From: Fimbriimonadales bacterium
GTDB taxonomy: Bacteria > Armatimonadota > Fimbriimonadia > Fimbriimonadales > ATM1
Assembly (NCBI GenBank): GCA_041744215.1
Contig: JBGTLG010000030.1
Span: forward strand, 1-64,000
Length of the DNA stretch: 64,000 nt
Direction of reading: 5' to 3'
In this document: positions 47,217-56,645 of the stretch, one piece after another
Layout: every line of letters starts with the position of its first letter
How positions within the stretch are numbered: the first letter of the stretch is position 1
Program-made: the position numbers and the translations under genes
The notes under the pieces: model-generated
Told to the model about the DNA's origin: nothing
Databases searched by the model: none
What the model saw: only the letters and a program-made list of their open reading frames with translations

Positions 47217-47248
47217 GACGCCCCTTGCCGATCTCGGCCAGGGGCGTC
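47217..47248. terminator. Stem-loop between khpA and rimM
   Basis: GACGCCCCTTGCCGA-TC-TCGGCCAGGGGCGTC. Confidence 0.5.
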
Positions 47249-47259
47249 ATTGTTGGCTT

Positions 47260-47757
47260 ATGACCTCGCAAGAAGAACAAATCCTCGTAGGACCGATCGT
47301 GGGAACGTTTGGCCTGAAGGGGGGTCTCAAGGTGCAGGTAACTACCGACTTCCATGAGCTCCTTTCGCCCGGCTCGATCGTTTACCTTGACGGTGAGCGC
47401 GCGGTCGTTACTGATCTGCAGTGGCACAAGACCCAGGCCCGCATTTGGCTCGAAGGAATCAAGAAGATTGAGGCAGCCCAGCCTCTAATCGGCAAGAAAA
47501 TTACTGTCCCCGAGTCGGCCTTGCCAGAACTCGAGGAGGGCGTCTACCTCGTCAAGCACTTGATTGGGCTTGAGGTTTTTGATGAGTCGGGTCGCTTGCT
47601 CGGCACTCTCGATGAGGTGTATCCTAGGCCAGCGCAGGACGTCTATCGTGTAGGCCGGATGTTGATTCCCGCCGCGAAGGAGTTTGTTCTTTCGATCGAT
47701 ATGAATTCGCGCCGGATGATCGTTCGGATCTTGCCGGGAATGGAAGACTTGGCGTAA
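47260..47757 (+). CDS. rimM: Ribosome maturation factor RimM
   Basis: VG.IVG.FGLKG.LKV, LPELEEG..L...LIG, LIPA. Confidence 0.93.
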   Translation: MTSQEEQILVGPIVGTFGLKGGLKVQVTTDFHELLSPGSIVYLDGERAVVTDLQWHKTQARIWLEGIKKIEAAQPLIGKKITVPESALPELEEGVYLVKHLIGLEVFDESGRLLGTLDEVYPRPAQDVYRVGRMLIPAAKEFVLSIDMNSRRMIVRILPGMEDLA

Positions 47758-47835
47758 GCGCTCAACTATTGCCAGACTGAAGCCGAGAATAGACTTGAGA
47801 GGGCCCGTCGAGTCGTCGCGTTTCAAGAGAAGTAA

Positions 47836-48330
47836 ATGAGAACCCTTTTTGCACTTTTCGTCACTTCGGCTGCCTGGACATTCTGTGCATGCTCGGGCGG
47901 CGGTGGAGGCGGTCTGCCTCCACTTCAGGCCCGCTACGAAGCGCTTATGGCGAGCGTTAACGCTCAGAGTTTAGGCAGCACGATGTCGCACTACAGCACC
48001 TCGTACATGAACGACTGCAGCACATGGACCGATGTGCAGAGCGGTTGGCAGTCAATCTTCACAGAACCCAACTACACATTGACTCTTTCGAACTTGGTCG
48101 TGACCAATCAATGGACGAACAATCAAACCTTGACCGGCCACTTGACCGCGACCGTAACCGTAACAGAAAACAATAACGGTGTGATAACAAATGAAGTCTG
48201 GGCGATCTCGATGCCGTTCCGACGTGAAGGCTCTGCTTGGAGACTCTTTGGGGATCAGAGCTGCACAGTTGCTGCGGCAAACTGGAGAGACAACTTGCGA
48301 ACACTGCTCGGCGCAAACGAAGACAGATAA
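47836..48330 (+). CDS. Lipoprotein, NTF2-like fold
   Basis: ACSGGGGG signal region; FRREGSAWRL.G.Q. Confidence 0.65.
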   Translation: MRTLFALFVTSAAWTFCACSGGGGGGLPPLQARYEALMASVNAQSLGSTMSHYSTSYMNDCSTWTDVQSGWQSIFTEPNYTLTLSNLVVTNQWTNNQTLTGHLTATVTVTENNNGVITNEVWAISMPFRREGSAWRLFGDQSCTVAAANWRDNLRTLLGANEDR

Positions 48331-48342
48331 GGAAGGTTGACA

Positions 48343-49920
48343 ATGCGAATCGTGACGATCTTAATCTCGATGTTGTTGAGTATTTGTGCAGTGGCACAAG
48401 GGTACGTCCAGAACGAACTTTTGATCAAGTTCCGGCCCGGCCATGAGTACGCTGGATTAACCACGACATGGAGAATGGGTGGGGTCGTCACTCAATCAGT
48501 CCCTGGGATCAACTTGCGAGTTGTTCGCATTCCACGGACGCTTACGCTTTCAACTGCGCTGGCGATCTTTAGATCGTTGCCAACTGTCGAGTACGCAGAG
48601 TTAAACTTTCGAGTGCGAAAGGCCATCGTGCCGAATGACCCGCAATATGGGAGCCAATGGGCGCTTCCCAAGGTTAATGCTCCAGCCGCATGGGACATTT
48701 CAACAGGCTCGTCCGGGGTCGTAATCGCCATCCTTGATACGGGAATTCAGCTGAATCATCCTGATTTGCAATCCAAGCTGGTTCCAGGATGGGATTTCGT
48801 AAACAATGACCCTGTTGCTGATGATGACGAAGGTCACGGGACTCACTGCGCCGGAATTGCTGCTGCAGCGACGAACAATTCAGTTGGTGTCGCGGGACTC
48901 GGTTGGAACTGCAGCCTCATGCCGGTAAAGGTACTCGATCACGAAGGGAACGGGACTTACGCGAATGTAGCTGCTGGTATGACATGGGCGGTTGACAATG
49001 GCGCGAAGGTCTTATCTTTGAGCCTCAGCGGCTCCGCAGCGTCAAACACTCTCCTCAATGCAGTCAACTACGCATGGAACAACGGCGTTGTCGTAGTCGC
49101 GGCCGCAGGAAACAGCAACAGTACGACACCAGAATATCCCGCATGGTATTCGAACTGCATTGCAGTAGGATCATCTACGACTACGGATACGCGATCCTCC
49201 TTTAGCAACTATGGCGCAGATTGGGTCGACGTCGCAGCTCCTGGGTCGAGCATATTGAGCACCTACATCGGTGGCACTTACGCCACATCGAGCGGGACTT
49301 CGATGGCTACTCCACTTGTTGCGGGCTTGGCTGGCTTGTTGTGGTCATACATGGGCACCGGCACCCCTCCATTCGCGATCCGTTCTCAGATAGAGAGTAG
49401 TGCGGTGTTTGTGGGCAACTGGGTCGCGCATGGGCGCATCGACGCTGCTGCAGCCTTGGCAAGCGCGGGAACCCGACTCGACTTCGCGCCGTCGTCCATG
49501 TCTGTAACCTCAGGATCACTAGTAGGCGGCAATCTAGCTTCTCTTGCTGTGAGCGATAACAACTGGTTGGAGGTTCGCAGCTCTTCATCAGGAAACCCGA
49601 GGGTGGTCGATTGGAACGTTAGCGGTCTCGTTTCGTGGACTGGAACTCTGCAAGCAGTCGAAGTGCGATATGAGGGGAACATCACGAGCGGCGGATCCAC
49701 GCAAATGTATATCTGGAACTTCAACTCAGCGTCTTGGGAGTCCCTCGGCACAGTGTCGCTGGCTTCAAGCGATACGGTGCGAACGTTCGTACGGCCGACA
49801 AACCCTGGAAACTATGTCTCAGGCGGGGAGATGCGCTTTAGGATGCGAAGGGCAACATCTGATTGGCCACTCTTCCGAATGCGAACTGACCAGATCGTCT
49901 TTACGACCATCGCTCAGTAG
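48343..49920 (+). CDS. S8 subtilisin/thermitase-like serine peptidase with C-terminal extra domain
   Basis: ILDTG, GHGTHCAG, AAAGN, SGTSMATP. Confidence 0.95.
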   Translation: MRIVTILISMLLSICAVAQGYVQNELLIKFRPGHEYAGLTTTWRMGGVVTQSVPGINLRVVRIPRTLTLSTALAIFRSLPTVEYAELNFRVRKAIVPNDPQYGSQWALPKVNAPAAWDISTGSSGVVIAILDTGIQLNHPDLQSKLVPGWDFVNNDPVADDDEGHGTHCAGIAAAATNNSVGVAGLGWNCSLMPVKVLDHEGNGTYANVAAGMTWAVDNGAKVLSLSLSGSAASNTLLNAVNYAWNNGVVVVAAAGNSNSTTPEYPAWYSNCIAVGSSTTTDTRSSFSNYGADWVDVAAPGSSILSTYIGGTYATSSGTSMATPLVAGLAGLLWSYMGTGTPPFAIRSQIESSAVFVGNWVAHGRIDAAAALASAGTRLDFAPSSMSVTSGSLVGGNLASLAVSDNNWLEVRSSSSGNPRVVDWNVSGLVSWTGTLQAVEVRYEGNITSGGSTQMYIWNFNSASWESLGTVSLASSDTVRTFVRPTNPGNYVSGGEMRFRMRRATSDWPLFRMRTDQIVFTTIAQ

Positions 49921-49945
49921 TGCTCATGCGGCATAATCGGCTCTT

Positions 49946-50707
49946 ATGAGTCGCTTAGATGGCAAAGTCGTTCTCGTCACTGGCGGTGCGTTGGGAATCG
50001 GACGAAGCGCGTGCGTCCTGTGCGCCTCCGAAGGAGCCAAAGTTGCTATCACCGATGTGCTTGATGCAGAAGGTAGCGCATTAGCCGCCGAGATTGGTAG
50101 GAACGCACGCTACTGGCATATGGACGTAGCCAAAGAGATCCAGGTGCAGACGACCATCGACGAGGTCGCACACGAGTTCGGAGGGCTCGACGTTCTGGTG
50201 AACAACGCAGGCATCTCTGGAGCAAACAAACCGACGCACGAGCTATCCGAAGAGGAGTGGGACGCGGTGCAGGCAGTAAACGTCAAGGGGGTCTTCTTCT
50301 GCACTAAGTACGCCATACCTCACCTAAAGCAACGCGGAGGTGGAAGCATTATCAACCTCTCTTCCATTTATGGGATAGTGGGGGCGCCAGATGTTCCGCC
50401 CTACCACGCATCGAAGGGCGCGGTCACATTGATGAGCAAGACCGACGCACTGATCTATGCTGCTGATTCGATTCGTGTGAATTCGCTTCATCCCGGGTAC
50501 GTGTGGACTCCAATGGTCGAGCAGCACTTAAAGAGATCTGGCATCGATTCAGCCGAAGGGCGCAAGGCACTTGACGCACTTCACCCGATCGGGCATGTCG
50601 GCGAGCCAGATGACATCGGCTGGGCGATTGTGTACCTTGCATCTGACGAATCGAAGTTCGTTACTGGCACAGAAATCGTCGTTGATGGCGGATACACGGC
50701 GAAGTAG
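49946..50707 (+). CDS. SDR family oxidoreductase
   Basis: TGGALGIG, NNAG, YHASK, VDGG. Confidence 0.95.
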   Translation: MSRLDGKVVLVTGGALGIGRSACVLCASEGAKVAITDVLDAEGSALAAEIGRNARYWHMDVAKEIQVQTTIDEVAHEFGGLDVLVNNAGISGANKPTHELSEEEWDAVQAVNVKGVFFCTKYAIPHLKQRGGGSIINLSSIYGIVGAPDVPPYHASKGAVTLMSKTDALIYAADSIRVNSLHPGYVWTPMVEQHLKRSGIDSAEGRKALDALHPIGHVGEPDDIGWAIVYLASDESKFVTGTEIVVDGGYTAK

Positions 50708-50742
50708 CGTTCACGCTCTCTTCGTTGAGAGCGCGAACGCTA
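50705..50742. terminator. Hairpin between the convergent SDR and glnA genes
   Basis: TAGCGTTCACGCTCTC-TTCGTT-GAGAGCGCGAACGCTA. Confidence 0.6.
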
Positions 50743-50751
50743 CCTTAGCTT

Positions 50752-52167
50752 TCAAACGTCGGAGTACAGGAAGAACTCATAGGGGTGCGGGCGTAACGCA
50801 ACTGCCTCAACCTCATGTTTCCGCTTGTACGCGATGTACGTATCAAGTAGGTCTTGCGTAAACACGTCGCCCTTCATCAACCACTGATGATCCGCCTCAA
50901 GTGCGTCCAGAACATCCGCAAGCGTTCCCGGTGTTTGGGGAATCGCAGCTTTTTCTTCTGGCGGCAGATCATAGAGGTCTTTGTCGAGCGGTGTAGGCGG
51001 CTCGATCCGGTTTTCAATTCCATCGAGGGCAGCCATAAGCAACGCGGCGAACGCGAGATAGCCATTGCAAGACGGATCTGGTGCGCGGAACTCGATTCGC
51101 TTGGCCTTACGACTCTTGCTGTACATAGGCACGCGAATGCACGCGCTGCGGTTCCGTTGGCTGTAGACGAGATTGATCGGAGCTTCGTATCCCGGCACCA
51201 GTCTTCTGTAGGAGTTGGTTGTCGGATTTGTGAATGCGAGCAGCGCAGCCGCGTGCCTCAGGATTCCGCCTACCATGTGTCGTGCAGTATCGCTTAGGCC
51301 CGCATAGCCGCCCTCATCGTACATCAGCGTGTCGCCACCTTTCCACAGCGAGACGTGTACGTGCATGCCGCTGCCGTTATCGCCATAAATCGGCTTAGGC
51401 ATGAACGTCGCTGTCAGGCCGTACTCATACGCCGTGTTCTTGACGATGTACTTGTACATTTGCAGCTTGTCGGCCATCGTAACAAGGGTGTCGAACCGCA
51501 TATCGATTTCGCATTGACCTGCTGCGCCGACTTCATGATGATGCAACTCGATGTGAATGCCGGCATCGAGCATCTTCTGGACCATGTCAGTGCGAACGTT
51601 TTGGAGCTTATCATTCGGCGGGCAGGGGAAGTATCCGCCCTTGGGGCGCATTTTGTAGCCAAGATTTGGCTGCTCGTCTCGTCCCGTGTTCCAGGGTCCT
51701 TCGTTGCTGTCGATCGCGAAACCGGCTTTGTGCATCTCGTTGTAGTAGCGCAAGTCATCGAAGAGAAAGAATTCTGCTTCGGGTCCAAAGAATGCCGCGT
51801 CGGCAACGCCGGTCTGACGCAGATACTGTTCCGCCTTGATCGCCGTGTACCGTGGGTCACGACTGTAAGGCTCTCGCGTCAGTGGGTCTTCGACGTTGCA
51901 AAACAGCACCGCGGTCGGAGCCTCGGTAAACGGGTCCATAAAGATGGTCTCCGCGTCTGGGACGAGCAGCATGTCAGATTGGTCAATCGACTGAAATCCG
52001 CGCACGCTGGATCCATCGAAACCGAGCCCGTCCTCGAAAAGCTCCTCGCTCAGCTCGCCGATGGGGATTGAGAAGTGTTGCCAGGTACCCGGCACGTCTG
52101 TGAAACGGAAGTCCACCATCTGTGCATCGTGTTCCTGGGCGAATGTTATGGCCTCTTTTGGTGTCAT
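50752..52167 (-). CDS. glnA: Glutamine synthetase type I
   Basis: FDGSS, HHEV, MPKP..GDNGSGMH, RLVPGYEAP, DKDLY; SD AGGAGG. Confidence 0.98.
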   Translation of the reverse strand: MTPKEAITFAQEHDAQMVDFRFTDVPGTWQHFSIPIGELSEELFEDGLGFDGSSVRGFQSIDQSDMLLVPDAETIFMDPFTEAPTAVLFCNVEDPLTREPYSRDPRYTAIKAEQYLRQTGVADAAFFGPEAEFFLFDDLRYYNEMHKAGFAIDSNEGPWNTGRDEQPNLGYKMRPKGGYFPCPPNDKLQNVRTDMVQKMLDAGIHIELHHHEVGAAGQCEIDMRFDTLVTMADKLQMYKYIVKNTAYEYGLTATFMPKPIYGDNGSGMHVHVSLWKGGDTLMYDEGGYAGLSDTARHMVGGILRHAAALLAFTNPTTNSYRRLVPGYEAPINLVYSQRNRSACIRVPMYSKSRKAKRIEFRAPDPSCNGYLAFAALLMAALDGIENRIEPPTPLDKDLYDLPPEEKAAIPQTPGTLADVLDALEADHQWLMKGDVFTQDLLDTYIAYKRKHEVEAVALRPHPYEFFLYSDV

Positions 52168-52230
52168 CTGCTGAAATGTTCCTCCTGAACATGACTGCGT
52201 GTAAACGCCTGAAAATCGGGCTCTGAAAGA

Positions 52231-52305
52231 GACGAAGGCGCCGGAAAGCCGGACGCCTTGTCTGTAATTCTAAGTCCCGTGGAGTCTGTCGCAACCACGG
52301 GGACT
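52231..52305 (-). promoter_or_regulatory. Two stem-loops upstream of glnA (possible attenuator)
   Basis: Hairpins at 52273-52305 and 52231-52262, the latter followed by TCTTTC on the minus strand. Confidence 0.4.
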
Positions 52306-52327
52306 CAATATACCTAAGTGTTCTGGA

Positions 52328-54619
52328 CTATTTCGCGGGAGGCGGCGGTGGTTGCGCAAAGCGACCGAACATTTTCTTTGCGCGCTCAACCAGACGGTCG
52401 ATTTCCGAGCGGGTGGATTGCGGCAGCGACTCAAACGGCCCAAACTCCGTGCCCGGAGCTGCGGTCATCCCAAGAAACAGGACAGACGCCTTTTTTTCAG
52501 GCAGAAACTCAATACCAAAATAGACGCTGTCACCAATTGCGGGTCGATAGCCTGCAAAGCTTATCGCCGGGCCGTCGGAAAACCCGCCCATGTCCCCATC
52601 AGCCATCAGTTTCATCATTGCGACCATCTGAACAGGCAGCGTCCAGGGAAACTTCACTTCGCCGAACTGCACCTTGACAGATACAGCCGACACAGATTGT
52701 CCCGCCACTCTAACGAGCGCATCTGTAGAGGGCCCGTTGGGCAATATTTGCGTGATCTCTCTGTCTTCATAGCCAATGACTCCGTCGTCTTTAGGCGGCT
52801 CCAGAGCTTTCTCGATGTCACCCACAACTTCCTCTAGGTCATCCTCGTCGCCAAGCTCAAGCATATCGAGCAAGTCGGTAAGGCTCCGATCAGTCCACGA
52901 GTCTCCCGACCTGTACAGAAACGTCGAGAGGTTGGACCTAACAGCAGGCGACAATCTGCCGAACGCAACGCCGTCACCTTTGGCAGCGGCCTTCTCCATC
53001 GGGGTCATCGCTGCCCATGCACGCAGCGCGTACGCGGTTGTCACATCCATCGAGTCGAAGGTGCCGAGCAGCGCGAAAAGTAACTCCACGACGCCAGAAG
53101 CGAACTGCAGGTCGGTTAAATCCGACGCAAACTTGGCTGTCTGGTCAACGGTGAGCCCATGTTGATCCGCAGCGAGGTCGCGATAGCGGAAGAGGAGCGG
53201 GCGCGGAAGCGTCGCGGCTCTGGCAAGAGCCGGCGATTCGTTTCTCATTGCGACCCAGCCCCCTTCGTACGACCACTTAGATTTGGACGCCTCAGCCAAC
53301 GACTCGAAGATGGCGCCAGCGGAGTCACCAGCGGCAGGCGCACCTGACATGATTTGCACGTCGTAGGCGTCTGCGATGTAGGAGACGCTGGCCGCCTCGG
53401 CGGTAAGCGGGCCAACTCTCGTCAAGCTGATCAGGGGATCGACCACTGAGCCGCGTGTGAGAAAAGCGATGAACTCAGGCGTCGGCCCCTCAGCCAAAGC
53501 AGCGCTGCCGGCGAGTCCCTCTGCGAGTTCGCCCTCGATGGCAATCTTGTCACGAAGCACGTCCGTCGGACCGCGGGGCGGCCTCGGTGGCGCTTCATTC
53601 GGTGCACCTGCGACCTCGCCATCAATGCCGCGCAACGTCACCCCGTAGGGATGGTCGCTCGCTCCAGAGATGTACTCTGCGCCCGACCACAGAATGCGTC
53701 CGTTCTTCCCCACAATCGCCATCTCGACTCTGGGGGCCCAGCCGCCTCGCCGAATCATCCTCTCTGGTCGTGCCTCCACACTTACACGAACGGTGTAGAC
53801 GTCCTCTACGGAGAACTTCGTGTTGTGCGCCAAGTCGTCGCGATACGTTCTCTCTCGCTGGTCACCGGCTGCGACAGACTCAGCTTCGAGCCTCGAAATG
53901 ATGAGATCCCGAACTAGCTTGTGCGCTGAAGCCACGGCTGGTTGGGGCAGCGTCCGCTGAGCGGCGGTCGGGAACAGCGAATACACGATTCTGGAGTTCT
54001 GCGCCAGATTGATGAGTCCATTTCGGTCAAGCGAGGCGATCAGTGACAGAGCGAACTCGCTCTCCGGGCTCCTCAGGCTCAGGAGCGCCTCCAGTTGCGA
54101 TTCGAGCCTCGCGACTTGCGCCCACAGCTTCTCGTCCTCTTCGTCTCCCTTCTCATAGAGCTCTGCCAGTTCCCGCTTGAGCCGGCTTATCTTCGCCGTC
54201 ACCTCGGCATCAGTTCCCGACTGGCGATCTCGCAATCTACTCCTCGCCTCCTCGACGGCCGGTAGCATGAGCTGATAGATCGCCTCCTCAATTTGCGACC
54301 GTTCGCGACCTTCCCACCCGGGGCGGGGACCAAGGGTATAGCCCTCGCCACTCTTCGACCACTCCCAATCAAAGTGCTTTGCGATCCTGGTCAGCGCCTC
54401 CGACGAGGGCTTATCTTTGACCCGAATCACTAAGAGGTCCTCGGCGATCACAGGTGCAGCGCGAAGCTCGACGCCAGTCAGAGTCTTGAGTTCAGCGACG
54501 ACGACCCTAAGAGGGGCGACGTCGCTCCGGTAAGAGATTGCGCCATCAAGCCGGGTGTCGCCCGCAAAAGGGTTGGCCGCTTGGAGCGCGAGAACAGTAG
54601 TGAGGGTGAGAGTGTTCAT
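52328..54619 (-). CDS. Large secreted hypothetical protein, possible STN-like N-terminus
   Basis: Signal-like N-terminus; RLDGAISY....PL..VV.EL...TGVEL.A. Confidence 0.75.
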   Translation of the reverse strand: MNTLTLTTVLALQAANPFAGDTRLDGAISYRSDVAPLRVVVAELKTLTGVELRAAPVIAEDLLVIRVKDKPSSEALTRIAKHFDWEWSKSGEGYTLGPRPGWEGRERSQIEEAIYQLMLPAVEEARSRLRDRQSGTDAEVTAKISRLKRELAELYEKGDEEDEKLWAQVARLESQLEALLSLRSPESEFALSLIASLDRNGLINLAQNSRIVYSLFPTAAQRTLPQPAVASAHKLVRDLIISRLEAESVAAGDQRERTYRDDLAHNTKFSVEDVYTVRVSVEARPERMIRRGGWAPRVEMAIVGKNGRILWSGAEYISGASDHPYGVTLRGIDGEVAGAPNEAPPRPPRGPTDVLRDKIAIEGELAEGLAGSAALAEGPTPEFIAFLTRGSVVDPLISLTRVGPLTAEAASVSYIADAYDVQIMSGAPAAGDSAGAIFESLAEASKSKWSYEGGWVAMRNESPALARAATLPRPLLFRYRDLAADQHGLTVDQTAKFASDLTDLQFASGVVELLFALLGTFDSMDVTTAYALRAWAAMTPMEKAAAKGDGVAFGRLSPAVRSNLSTFLYRSGDSWTDRSLTDLLDMLELGDEDDLEEVVGDIEKALEPPKDDGVIGYEDREITQILPNGPSTDALVRVAGQSVSAVSVKVQFGEVKFPWTLPVQMVAMMKLMADGDMGGFSDGPAISFAGYRPAIGDSVYFGIEFLPEKKASVLFLGMTAAPGTEFGPFESLPQSTRSEIDRLVERAKKMFGRFAQPPPPPAK

Positions 54620-54775
54620 TTCGTTGCGCCTACCCTATTATGTCGATTCTGCGGGCGAAAGCGTTGCAGCGACTTTATCGCGAGCGTGCCGGAACGGAAT
54701 CTTCAGACCTGTTGGCTTCGTACTACGTATCGCGGCCGGCGCTGGGAAATGCGCGTCGACCGGTACGCTCTTCCC

Positions 54776-55213
54776 ATGCTCGACCGAGATGCCGTCCTCC
54801 GCAAAGCAAGCGAACTCGTAGACCTCGCTCGAGCCTCAGAGGCGATTGACCTCCTGCGGGACTACCTCGAGCGTGCCTCCGGCGATGCTGAGGCCCACGC
54901 AATGATTGGGGTCGCGTATTACAACAACAGCGAACCCTGGGCTGCCGAGCGCCACCTCAAGCACTCTCTCGCCGCGCTTCCAGGTCGACACGAAATCAAG
55001 GTGCTCCTGCTCAGAATCCTCATGGATCGGCACTCATGGGAGGAGGCACTCGAACACGCTGAGGAGTTGAAGCGGGAGAACCCCAGCGACGCCGTCCTGC
55101 GCATCATGTATGAGTCTTGCCTGGAAAACGTTGAGAGGCCGGAGGTCGGATGGGAGCGAGACGAACCCTTGCGACGCGTGCGGATCGAGTTCACCGAGGG
55201 CGGACCCGACTAA
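54776..55213 (+). CDS. TPR-repeat protein
   Basis: DAEAHAMIGVAYY...A..HL..SL...P helical repeats. Confidence 0.75.
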   Translation: MLDRDAVLRKASELVDLARASEAIDLLRDYLERASGDAEAHAMIGVAYYNNSEPWAAERHLKHSLAALPGRHEIKVLLLRILMDRHSWEEALEHAEELKRENPSDAVLRIMYESCLENVERPEVGWERDEPLRRVRIEFTEGGPD

Positions 55214-55319
55214 AATTGTCGATGATTCGCGAACTTTCGACGAGCGACGGGCGTTCATAAGCGTAGCGACGCCGGCAACATCTCCCGGCAGATCGATTTT
55301 CCTCACACCTGCACTGCAC

Positions 55320-55354
55320 GAGCGAGGCGGATCCTCAGGGGTCCGCCTTCGCTC
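55320..55354. terminator. Hairpin downstream of serC
   Basis: GAGCGAGGCGGATCC-TCAG-GGGTCCGCCTTCGCTC. Confidence 0.6.
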
Positions 55355-55373
55355 CTTAATGCAGCACCTCGAA

Positions 55374-56498
55374 CTACCCGTTCTTCCGAGCGAACTCGCG
55401 CATGAATTCGGCGATCGCTGTGGCTCCGCTCTCGGGGAACGCGTTGTACATCGAAACCCGAATTCCGCCAACGCTCCGGTGCCCGGCCAGAGTCGAGAAT
55501 CCCTGCGCCTCCGCCTCGTCGGAGAACTTCTGGTCCAGTTCCTCTGAAGGGCACTTGAACGTTATGTTCATCAGGCTCCGATTCTCCTTCTGTGCGTGCC
55601 CCTTGTAAAACCCAGCGTCGATCACGTCATAGACCAGCTTTGCCTTTCTCTCGTTGATCGGAGCTATCCAATCAACGCCGCCGTTTTTCAGGAGCCATTG
55701 GTAGTAGAGCCCGCACATGTAGATCGCGAAGCACGGCGGCGTGTTGTGGATGGAGTGCGCTTTATGCGCCTTCGACCAGCTCAGCATCAGCGGCAACTTC
55801 TGCTGGGAGGCGACCTCCAACGCGCGAGGTGAGAGGAGTACCGTCGTCGCGCCCGCTGGCCCTTGTGTCTTCTGTGCGCCGCCAAAAATCACGTCGTACT
55901 TCGACAGATCGAACTTCCGGCTCAGGATGTTCGAGCTCGCGTCGCAGACGACCAGCGCGTCGGTGGAAAACGATGCGTCGCGCCGATAGTCCACACCGCC
56001 CACGGTTTCGTTGCTCGTGTAGTAAGCGTAAGAGATGTCTGGGGAGAACTGTGGCTCGTCGTCGGCAGGCGCGCGGTCGAACCCGCTCCCTTCGCTCGAG
56101 TAGGCGACGTGCACGTCTGCGAGAAGTCGTGCGTCGCCCAGGGAGATATGGCCCCAGTGCCCGGTATCGATGTAGTTCGGCCGCTTGCCATCCATCTTCA
56201 GGTTCATCGGCACCATGGCGTTTTGAAGGCTCGCGCCCCCCTGGAGCATCAGCACGCCCCAGTCGTCGGGCGCGCCGAGCAGCTTGCGCAAGTTCGCGAG
56301 CGCGGTCATGTGTATCTCGTCGTAAATCTTGCCGCGATGGCTCAGTTCCATCACGCTCATGCCGCAGCCTTTGTAGTTCAGCAGGTCGTCTCTCGCCTCT
56401 TCTAAGACCTCGACCGGCAGCGCGCCGGGCCCTGCCGAGAAGTTGTAAATGCGGCCATACGGAAGGCCGAGTCCGTGCTTATCTTGCGTTTCGAGCAT
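55374..56498 (-). CDS. serC: Phosphoserine aminotransferase
   Basis: NFSAGP, SVMELSHR, GAQK..GPAG, NTPP, GHRSVGG.R.S.YNA. Confidence 0.97.
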   Translation of the reverse strand: MLETQDKHGLGLPYGRIYNFSAGPGALPVEVLEEARDDLLNYKGCGMSVMELSHRGKIYDEIHMTALANLRKLLGAPDDWGVLMLQGGASLQNAMVPMNLKMDGKRPNYIDTGHWGHISLGDARLLADVHVAYSSEGSGFDRAPADDEPQFSPDISYAYYTSNETVGGVDYRRDASFSTDALVVCDASSNILSRKFDLSKYDVIFGGAQKTQGPAGATTVLLSPRALEVASQQKLPLMLSWSKAHKAHSIHNTPPCFAIYMCGLYYQWLLKNGGVDWIAPINERKAKLVYDVIDAGFYKGHAQKENRSLMNITFKCPSEELDQKFSDEAEAQGFSTLAGHRSVGGIRVSMYNAFPESGATAIAEFMREFARKNG

Positions 56499-56645
56499 GA
56501 ATCTGAGAATACCGGATACGGTCAGCTTGGGAGGCCTTCAACTCGCCCATTCAGAAGATGTCCTTGAGGGCACCTGCGGGGTAGATTCGCGGATGTGGAC
56601 GATCCGCTGTACTTGGTGATCGCCACTGCAAAAGGAGAATCTAAC

